Below, piece by piece: positions 41,265 to 50,500 of a DNA stretch of 53,002 nucleotides. Position numbers and translations under genes: made by a program. The notes beneath the pieces were generated by a model that was given only the letters and a program-made list of their open reading frames with translations, ran no database searches and was not told the DNA's origin. The DNA comes from Kiritimatiellales bacterium. GTDB taxonomy: Bacteria > Verrucomicrobiota > Kiritimatiellia > UBA8416 > JAIOPI01. The stretch's first letter is position 1, and each line of letters opens with the position of its first letter. The DNA is taken from the NCBI GenBank assembly GCA_945949405.1, contig CAMFEP010000001.1, positions 1-53,002 on the forward strand, in the 5' to 3' direction.

Positions 41265-44237
41265 ATGTCGAAGCTACGCAGCCTGTGGGTGATTGCGGTA
41301 ATGGGCTTCGCAACCTGGAGCGGCGGGCGCACGACACAGGCTGCGGTGGTGTATGTGGATGCGGGGATGGCCGGCCGCGGCAGCGAAACCAACGGCCTCA
41401 GCTGGGAAACTCCCTGGATCGATCTTCAGTCCGCGCTCGGTGTGGCGGCCGGCGGCGATTCAATCTGGGTAGCCAGGGGCGTCTACAAACCCGGGGTCAG
41501 CACCAACGACGCCTTCGTGCTGCCGGGCGGCGGCCTGCTGTATGGTGGGTTCACCAACGGCATGGCAACGCTGGAGGAGCGCGTGCCCCTCAAGCATCTG
41601 ACGATTCTGAGCGGTGACCTCCTGGGCAATGACGGCCCCAGTTTTGCCAACCGCACAGACAACGCGCTGAATGTCATCCGTTGCACGGGCGGCACCACCC
41701 GCAGCAACATCCGTCTGGATGGGTTCGTGATCCGCGGTGGCAACGCCGATGGAGCCGGGGCGCCGAACGATACCGGCGGCGGCGGGCACTTTGACCTGTG
41801 CCACGGGCTGGTCATCGCCAACTGCGTCTTCACGGACAATTCCGGCAAGGGCAGCGGCGCCATTCGCCTGCGCCGCTCGAACAACGTGGAAATCCAAGAC
41901 TGCATTTTCAGCGGGAATCGCGCCACCGATGCCACCAGCAATTTCGGTTCCGGCGCGATCGGTGGCAACGACCAGTTCTTCACCAATGTCGGTTATCCCG
42001 CCAACGTGCGGCGCTGCATCTTCACGGGCAACGCCTCCGCCGGACTGGCGGGTGTGACCTACGATTCGTCCGCCGCCTGGAACATCAACTTCATCAACTG
42101 CCTGATGGCCGGCAACACGGCGCTCTCCAACGGTGGCGCGCTCTACCTGCGCGGCGGGACCAATGCCATGGTCAACTGCACGATCGCGCTTAACGACCCC
42201 TTTGGCGTGACGACGCGCCTGACCACGAACATCTGCGTCAACACGATCATCTGGAGCAATGGGCTGGGTGGGGTCGCGAATCCCGATGTGGACCGCCAGA
42301 ATGGCGGCACGCTGGCGGTGCAGTTCGCGGACATCAACCACGGGACGTACTTTGGGCTAAACGGCACGATCATGGCGGATCCGAAGTGGGGTGCGGGTAC
42401 GCAGAGCACCTGGAATGCGGCCGGGGTCTATAGTCCGGCCCTGGGCCAGACGCGGTTGCGTCGCACCACGGCCACCTGGGCGGCCGATGCCTACCGGGGC
42501 ATGACGGTTAATCCTGACATCACGCAGAAGCGCCACTTCCTGATCAGTTCAAACTCGGCGACCGAGGTCTATGTCTGGGGCGATGCGCAGGCGATCGCGG
42601 GCTCCGGCGATATGTTTCGCGTCTGGGATTTCCGCCTTGGCGCCGGCAGTCCCTGTATTGATACCGCGACCAACGGCATCGTGTCTGACGACGTCATCCG
42701 GACGCCCCGGCCGCGGGGATTTGCGACGGACATGGGCGCCTACGAGTCCACGGCGACGGGCACGGTTGCGGGTGTGATCTACGTGAAGGCCAACGCCGCC
42801 GGCGGCAACAACGGGTCGGCCTGGGAGCATGCCTACACGAATCTGCAGTCGGCGCTGGCCACGGCATCGGGCGACAGCAAGAACCAGATCTGGGTGGCCG
42901 CCGGCACATACCGGACGGGAGCCGGCGTGGCGGCGACGTTTCTGCTGCCCACCCGCGTGCCGGTCTACGGCGGCTTTGCGGGCAACGAGGTGGCCCTGGA
43001 ACAGCGCAACATCGCGGCCAACCCGACGATGCTCAGCGGCGACGGCGACAGCAACGACACCGCTAATTTCGCCAACCGCGCCAACAATGCGGCGCACGTG
43101 ATCTCGGATCTCTACACCAAGAACGTGCGGCTGGACGGGGTTGTGATTCGTGGCGGCAATGCCACCGGCGTCGCCAGTGCCGGCTATGGCGGCGGCCTGT
43201 ACAGCGAAGGCAGCACCAACCTCGTGATTGCAAACTGCTCGTTCGTGGACAATTCGGCGGTGGGCGGCGGCGCGGTCTACATCAATGAACCGGCGCCCGA
43301 CTGGGTCACGATTTCGGATTGCGTCTTCAGCGGCAATCGCGCGACAGAACAGGACAACGACGTGGGCGGCGGGGCGATCGCGGGGGCGCGCGAACCGCTG
43401 GCCGCCGGGTACTTGCGGGTGGAGCGCTGTGTGTTCACGGGCAACCGGGCGCCCCAGTCGATCGGCGGCGTCTACGCCATGCACAACGAGTATCCGCTGG
43501 TTTCGCGCTTCGAGAACTGCCTGGTGGCCGGCAACCAGTCGGGCTACACCAACGAGGTTGACATTACGGGTCCGCAGGGCGGCGCCTTCTATCTGCGCCG
43601 CACGAATGCGGTGGTTCAGAACTGCACCATCGCCCTCAACCAGCCCTACGGGATGACGATCCGGCACCTGACGGCGTCGGTACAAAACACGATATTGTGG
43701 AGCAACACGACGCGGCAGATTCTATTCCTGACCCCCAGTGCGGTGTCGGCCCTCGCGTGCGACATCGACCAAGAGAGCTTTGAGGGGGCGAACGGCAACA
43801 TCCGTCAGGATCCGCAGTGGGGGCTCGGTACGAACGGCGTCAGCACCGGCGTCACGTACAGCCCCGCCACCGGCCGGTCGACGCTGACGGTTTCCGGCAG
43901 CGCTTGGGCGGCCGGTGCCTTCGCCAACCGCGCGGTGAACCCGAATACGGCCCAGAGTCTGCAGTTCTGGATCGTCACGAACTCGGCCAGCCAGCTTACC
44001 GTTTGGGGTGACATCCAGGCCGTGGCCGGTGTCGGCAACCCCTTCCGGGTCTACGACTACCACTTGACGTCCGCGAGCCCCTGCGTCGACCGTGGGGCGC
44101 TGCCGGGCGCGCCCGGCACGGACCTGGAGCAGGCCGTGCGTCCGGTGGCGAGCTTCCCGGATATCGGGGCCTACGAATTCGGCCCCCACCTGTACCAGCC
44201 GCCGGCTGTTCCCGGTGTGCTTTTGATCGTACGTTGA
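41265..44237 (+). CDS. Secreted protein with two tandem parallel beta-helix (Pmp-like GGA/FxxN) modules
   Basis: ORF 41055..44237. Start taken at ATG 41265 (MSKLRSLWVIAVMGFATWSGGRTTQA signal peptide), 990 aa. Module heads: VVYVDAGMAGRGSETNGLSWETPWIDLQSALGVAAGGDSIWVARGVYKPG and VIYVKANAAGGNNGSAWEHAYTNLQSALATASGDSKNQIWVAAGTYRTG. Repeated turns: GGAIRL..., CIFSGNRA, GGALYLRGG..., CTIALN. Confidence 0.8.
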   Translation: MSKLRSLWVIAVMGFATWSGGRTTQAAVVYVDAGMAGRGSETNGLSWETPWIDLQSALGVAAGGDSIWVARGVYKPGVSTNDAFVLPGGGLLYGGFTNGMATLEERVPLKHLTILSGDLLGNDGPSFANRTDNALNVIRCTGGTTRSNIRLDGFVIRGGNADGAGAPNDTGGGGHFDLCHGLVIANCVFTDNSGKGSGAIRLRRSNNVEIQDCIFSGNRATDATSNFGSGAIGGNDQFFTNVGYPANVRRCIFTGNASAGLAGVTYDSSAAWNINFINCLMAGNTALSNGGALYLRGGTNAMVNCTIALNDPFGVTTRLTTNICVNTIIWSNGLGGVANPDVDRQNGGTLAVQFADINHGTYFGLNGTIMADPKWGAGTQSTWNAAGVYSPALGQTRLRRTTATWAADAYRGMTVNPDITQKRHFLISSNSATEVYVWGDAQAIAGSGDMFRVWDFRLGAGSPCIDTATNGIVSDDVIRTPRPRGFATDMGAYESTATGTVAGVIYVKANAAGGNNGSAWEHAYTNLQSALATASGDSKNQIWVAAGTYRTGAGVAATFLLPTRVPVYGGFAGNEVALEQRNIAANPTMLSGDGDSNDTANFANRANNAAHVISDLYTKNVRLDGVVIRGGNATGVASAGYGGGLYSEGSTNLVIANCSFVDNSAVGGGAVYINEPAPDWVTISDCVFSGNRATEQDNDVGGGAIAGAREPLAAGYLRVERCVFTGNRAPQSIGGVYAMHNEYPLVSRFENCLVAGNQSGYTNEVDITGPQGGAFYLRRTNAVVQNCTIALNQPYGMTIRHLTASVQNTILWSNTTRQILFLTPSAVSALACDIDQESFEGANGNIRQDPQWGLGTNGVSTGVTYSPATGRSTLTVSGSAWAAGAFANRAVNPNTAQSLQFWIVTNSASQLTVWGDIQAVAGVGNPFRVYDYHLTSASPCVDRGALPGAPGTDLEQAVRPVASFPDIGAYEFGPHLYQPPAVPGVLLIVR

Positions 44238-44372
44238 GCGCATGTGCGGGGGCGGCGCTGACGGCGTACACGCGGGCGTAAAGTTGAGGTTGAAGGGCTA
44301 CATCATTACCGGCGTGGACGCAGGGAGTGTTTCGCAGTTAAGCTTCCTCCCCCTGAGGCCTGCCCCGCGCGC

Positions 44373-44416
44373 TGCGGAATTATGCTGGAGACACAGGAAT
44401 ATGCAGGTCGGACAAG
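44373..44416 (+). promoter_or_regulatory. Conserved upstream motif, copy 2
   Basis: TGCGGAATTATGCTGGAG-ACACAGGA-ATATGCAGGTCGGACAAG. Lies 100 nt upstream of ATG 44516. The 18-nt left block is identical to copy 1 and the right block differs at 3 positions. Confidence 0.6.
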
Positions 44417-44515
44417 TTGTCTGATTGTCTGGAAATAGTTAAAATTTGGTGTGAAATGGGCTTAGGTCCAACCGGTCTGTATCGTCGCGCGCGCGCCTTG
44501 GGAGGCATCCAACGT

Positions 44516-47500
44516 ATGAACATCTGGCGTCAGCTATGCTGGGTTGTGGGGATGGGGCTGGTGGCGGGGTGGGGCGGGTTGCCGGCGGCACGGGCGACGG
44601 ACTGCTCGGGCGGCAATTCCACGAACGACAGTGGCGGATACCGGATTCACACCTTCACCAGCGGCGGCACGCTGACCGTCAACACGGCCGGCAACGTCGA
44701 CGTGCTGGTGGTGGGCGGTGGCGGCGGCGGCGGCGGCTATGTGGGTGGCGGCGGCGGTGGCGGCGGCGTGATTTACACCTCGGGCTTTTCGGTGGTGGCC
44801 GGCGGCATCTCCGTGACGGTGGGGACGGGCGGTACGGCGGGCGCGAACGCGGACGCGGGTTCCGCCACGGGCGGCGCGGGCGGGAGCAGCATCTTTTCCT
44901 CCCTCACGGCCGGCGGCGGCGGCGGGGGTGGTCGAGCCTACAACCACAACAACGGCTCGGTGGCCGCCGGTTCGGGTGGCGGCGCCGGTTGCAGCAACGG
45001 CGGCGTGAAGACCGGGCAATCCGGAACCAGCGGCCAGGGAACCAGCGGCGGCGACTCCTCCGCAACGTCGAACTATGGCGCTGGCGGCGGCGGCGGCGCC
45101 GGAGGGGCCGGCTCCAACGGCACGGACACCAAGGGCGGTGACGGAGGCCCTGGGTCCACGAATTCGATTTCCGGTGCGAGCGTGACGTATGGCGGCGGCG
45201 GCGGCGGCGGCAAATACTTTGGCACCTCCGGCGGTAGCGCGGTATCCGGTGGTGGCGGCAATGCGGGCAGTCCGGGACAAGCGGGGACGGCCAATCGCGG
45301 TGGTGGCGGTGGCGGCGGCGGGGTGAATCCAACCGCCGTCGGCGGCGTCGGCGGCACCGGTGTCGTCATCGTGCGCTATGCGCTGCCTGGAACACTCTCG
45401 ATCGATGTCACGCCCAACACGGCGTCGTGGACGATCACGTCCTATGCCGGTGGCTACGCGGGGCCCTTGAGCGGCACCGGTGACCTGGCGGCGACAACGG
45501 CTCCCGTGGGCAGCTACACCGTCCACTACAACGTGCTGGGCGGCTACAGCGCCCCGGCGGATCAGACGCTGAGCGTGGTCGCGAGCGCGAACACGGCGTT
45601 CAGCGGCACCTACGTGGCGGCGGTGTATGGCACGCTGTCGATCGACGTGACGCCGAACACCGGGTCCTGGACCATCACCTCGCATCCGCCAGAATACACC
45701 TCGCCGCTGAGCGGAACGGGAGACCTGGCGGCAACGACCGCCATCGTGGGCAGCTACACCGTTCACTACGAAGCGCTCGCGGGCTATTTTGCGCCGGCCG
45801 ACGAGACGCTTTCCGTGGTCGACAGCGTGAACACCGCGTTCACAGGGACGTACACGGCGGTAACGTATGGCACGCTCTCGATCAACGTCACACCGGACGC
45901 AGCGTCATGGACCATCACCGCGTACCCCGGCCCCTATGCGGGACCGTACAGCGGCAGCGGCGACCTGGCGGCAACGACCGCACCGATCGGCAGCTACACG
46001 GTGCACTACAACACGCTTGCGGGCTACCTGGCGCCTGCTGACCAGACGCTGTCCGTGGCGCTCAGCGCGAACACGGCCTTCAGCGGATACTATCCCCGGG
46101 AGCCGTTTGCGGCGACGGGCGGCAACTCGACCAACGACGTTGGCGGGTATCGCATTCACACCTTCACCAGCGGCGGCACGCTGACCTTCAACACCAACGG
46201 CAGCGTCGACGTGCTCGTGGTGGGCGGCGGCGGCGGTGGTGGCGGCTACGTGGGCGGCGGCGGCGGCGCGGGCGGTGTGATTTATCAGACGGGGTTTGCC
46301 ATTGCCGGGGCGGGTGGAATTTCCGTGACGGTTGGGACGGGCGGTGCGGCCGGGGCGAATATCGACGGGCCGACGGGCTCTGGCACGGCGGGCAATGCGA
46401 GCACGTTCTCCTCGCTCACGGCCGGTGGTGGCGGCGGTGGTGGCCGGGCCTACAACCATAACAATGCCACCACGGCGGCGGGTTCGGGCGGTGGCGCCGG
46501 AACGGGCGTTAGCCGGATCGGACAATCGGGAACCGCCCCTCAGGGAACCAAAGGCGGGGACTCGGATGTTACGAGCAATGAGGGCGCTGGCGGCGGCGGC
46601 GGGGCCAGTGCGGGTGGTGGCAACGGCAACGCGACCAAGGGCGGCGATGGTGGCGCCGGCGTCGCGAATTCGATTTCTGGTTCGAGCGTGACGTATGGTG
46701 GCGGTGGCGGTGGCGCGGCGTACTTTGGCACGGCCGGCGCCGGCGGCGCGGGCGGCGGCGGGAGCGCGGCTAACCCAGGTGTGGCCGGCACGGCCAACCG
46801 CGGCGGCGGCGGCGGTGGCGGCGGCGTTTCGGTCACGACGTCCGCGGGCGGCGCCGGCGGCTCGGGCATCGTGATTGTGCGGTATGCCCTGCCGGGCACG
46901 CTCTCCATCGACGTCACGCCAAACACGGCCTCGTGGACCATCAGCGCGTATGCGGCGGGATACTCAGGGCCGACCAACGGCACCGGGGATCTCGCGGCGA
47001 CCACCGCGCCCGTCGGCAGCTACACCGTTCATTATGAAACGCTCGCGAGCTACAGCGCCCCGGCGGATCAAACGCTGAGCGTCACGGCCCAGAACAACAC
47101 GGCGTTCAGCGGCACCTATACGGCGGCGGCCTACGGCACGCTCTCGATCGAGGTGACGCCCAACTCGGGCTCGTGGACGATCACGTCGCACCCGCCGGAA
47201 TACACGACGCCGTTGAGCGGCACCGGGGATCAGGCGCCGACCAACGCCATCGCCGGCAGCTACACGGTTCACTATGAAACGCTCGCCGGGCACCTGGCGC
47301 CGGCGGATCAGACGCTGAGCGTGGTGGCGAGTTCCAACACGGCCTTCAGCGGAACCTATACGGCGTTGACCTACGGGACACTCTCGATTGACGTGACGCC
47401 GAATTCGGGTTCGTGGACGATCACGTCATACCCCGCGGGGTACTTGACGCCGCTGAGCGGCAGCGGCGACCTGGCTGCCACCGCCGCGCCAGTGGGCAGC

Positions 47501-50500
47501 TACACCGTGCATTACAACACGCTCGCGGGCTATGACACGCCGGGCGACCAGACTCAGTCGGTGGTCGACAGCGTCAACACGGCGTTCAGCGGGGCCTACG
47601 TCGAGCAGCCGTTCGCGGGCACCGGCGGCAACACAACCAACGACGTCGGCAACTACCGCATCCACACCTTCACCAGCGGTGGCACCCTGACCGTCAACAA
47701 GAACGGCGTGGTCGACGTCCTCGTCGTGGGCGGCGGCGGCGGGGGTGGCGGCTACATCGGCGGCGGTGGCGGGGCCGGTGGCGTGATCGCCTCGAACGGC
47801 TTGAGCGTGTCGGCCGGCGCCATCACGGTGACGGTCGGCAGCGGCGGCGCGGCTGGCGCCAATGCAGACGCGATCAGTGGGTTCGGCGGGCCGGGCGGCG
47901 ACAGCGTGTTCGCCTCGCTCACGGCGGTCGGGGGCGGGCGCGGCGGGCGCGCGTACAACGACAACACGGGGACGGGCGGCTCAGGCGGCGGCGCCGGCGG
48001 CGGCAACGGCGTCGTGAAAACCGGGCAATCCGGCACCGCGGGCCAGGGCAGCAACGGCGGGAATTCCTCGACGACGTCGAACGGCGGCGCGGGCGGTGGC
48101 GGTGGCGCGAGCACCGCGGGCGCCAATGCGGTGACATACTCCGGCGGCAACGGCGGGGCCGGGATCACCAATGCCATCACCGGCACCAGCGTGACCTACG
48201 GTGGCGGCGGCGGCGGTGGTACATTTACGGGGGCCATCGCCGGCAGCGGCGGCACGGGCGGCGGTGGCAGTGGCGGCAGCACCCCGCAGGCGGGCACGGC
48301 CAATCGCGGCGGCGGCGGCGGCGGCGGCGGCTTCAACGGCAGCACGGGTGCAGGCGCCGCGGGCGGCTCGGGCGTCGTGATTGTGCGCTATCTCCTCAGC
48401 GGCACACTGTCGATCGACGTGACCCCGAACTCCGGATCCTGGACGATCACGTCGTACCCGGCTGGCTACACGGGCCCCACCAACGGAACCGGCGACCTGG
48501 CCGCGAACGTGGCGGTGGCCGGCAGCTACACGGTGCACTATGGCGCGCTGGCAGGCTACACCGCGCCCGCGGACCAGACGCTCGCGGTATCGCCCAGTGC
48601 GAACACCGCGTTCAGTGGTACCTACGTGGCGTTGGTATACGGGACACTGTCGATCGACGTGACGCCCAACACGGGCTCCTGGACCGTCTCCGCGTATCCG
48701 GCCGGCTATACGGGCCCGACCAACGGCACCGGCGACCTGGCGGCCACCGCCGCGCCGGTGGGCAGCTACACGGTGCAGTACGGCGTGCTCGGGGGCTACA
48801 GCGCGCCGGCGTCGCAGACGCTGGCGGTTACCGTCAGCGCGAACACCGCCTTCAGCGGGACCTACGTGCTGATCACCTACGGCACGCTGTCGATCGACGT
48901 GACGCCGAACGCGGGGACCTGGACGATCACCGCGTACCCGCCTGAGTACACGACGCCCCTGAGCGGGAGCGGAGACCTCGCGGCGACGACGGCGCCGGTG
49001 GGCAGCTATACCGTGGCGTACGGGACGCTGGGCGGCTACAACACGCCGGCGGACCAGACGCTGGCCGTGGTGGAGAGCGTGAACACGGCATTCACTGGGA
49101 CGTACGTCGAACAGCCATTTGCGGGAACGGGCGGCAACTCCACCAACGTCATCGGCGGCTATCGCATCCACACCTTCACCAGCGGCGGCACGCTCTCATT
49201 CAACAAGACCGGCGTCGTCGACGTGCTGGTGGTCGGCGGCGGCGGCGGTGGCGGCGGGTTTGTTGGCGGCGGCGGCGGCGGTGGCGGCCTGCTCTACCAG
49301 ACGGGATTTGCGGTGGCGGCTGGGACGGTTTCCATCACGGTGGGTTCGGGCGGCACGGCGGGAGCCAACGTGTCCACCACCGGATTCGGCGGACCCGGCG
49401 GCAACAGCGTGTTCTCGAATCTCACGGCCATTGGCGGCGGTGGCGGCGGGGCCAACTACGTCAACAACCCCGGCACCTACGGTTCCGGCGGCGGTGCGGG
49501 CTGCACGCAGACCGGTGTGCCCACCACGGGGCAATCCGGCACGGTTGGCCAGGGCAACCAAGGCGGGAGTTCGTCCTCATCGGTGAATGGCGGATCCGGC
49601 GGCGGCGGCGGCGCGGGTGCGGCCGGCGCGAACGCCTCCGGATCCTCCGGCGGATCGGGTGGGGCGGGACAGACCAACGCGATTTCCGGCGCCAGCGTGA
49701 CCTATGCCGGCGGCGGCGGCGGTGGCACGTTCACCGGCAGCGTGGCCGGCAACGGCGGTGCGGGCGGCGGCGGCAATGGCGGCAATCCCGCGCAGGTCGG
49801 CACTGCGAATCGCGGTGGCGGCGGCGGTGGCGGCGGGTTCAACGGCAGCACGGGCGTGGGCGCCGCGGGCGGTTCCGGCATCGTGATTGTGCGTTATGCG
49901 CTGTACGGCACACTGTCCATCGACGTCACGCCCAACACGGGCACGTGGATGATCACGAGCTATCCGGCGTACTACACCGGGCCAACCAACGGCACCGGGG
50001 ATCTGGGCGTGACCGTGGCGGCGGCGGGCAGCTACACCGTGCAGTATGGGACCATGCCGGGCTACCACACGCCGGCGTCGCAGACACTTGACGTCACCGA
50101 GGACAACAACACCGCGTTCAGTGGGACGTATGTCTTGAAGACCTATGGCACGCTCTCGATTGATGTCACGCCGAACACGGCGTCGTGGACGATCACGTCG
50201 TACCCGCCGGAATACACGACGCCATTGAGCGGCACGGGCGACCAGGCGGCGACGGCGGCGGTGGAAGGCAGCTACACGGTGCACTTCAACGCGCTTGCGG
50301 GCTATCACGCCCCGGCTGACCAGACGCTCGCGGTCGTGGGCAGCGCCAACACGGCCTTCAGCGGCGCCTACGTGTCCATTTACCGGTACGTCAACGACAA
50401 CGCGACGGGCGCGAACAACGGCACCAGCTGGGCCAACGCCTTTACGAATCTGGACACGGCGCTGAGTGCGGCCATCAGCGGCGACGAGCTCTGGGTGGCG

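Noticed and set aside
44190-44237. PEP-CTERM or other C-terminal sorting signal on the beta-helix protein (…QPPAVPGVLLIVR) and on the giant protein (…LPAVTVIKFK, 51812-51841)
   Set aside because: There is no PEP motif, the hydrophobic stretch is only 6-7 residues, and there is a single basic residue. This is too short for the known exosortase, sortase or T9SS signals I can recall. The resemblance between the two tails is weak.
44609-50374. CRISPR array or DGR template/variable repeat
   Set aside because: The repeats are 1.5 kb and 246 bp long, in frame, protein coding and diverged at many positions rather than adenine-specific. There are no short invariant repeats with unique spacers and no reverse transcriptase in the window.
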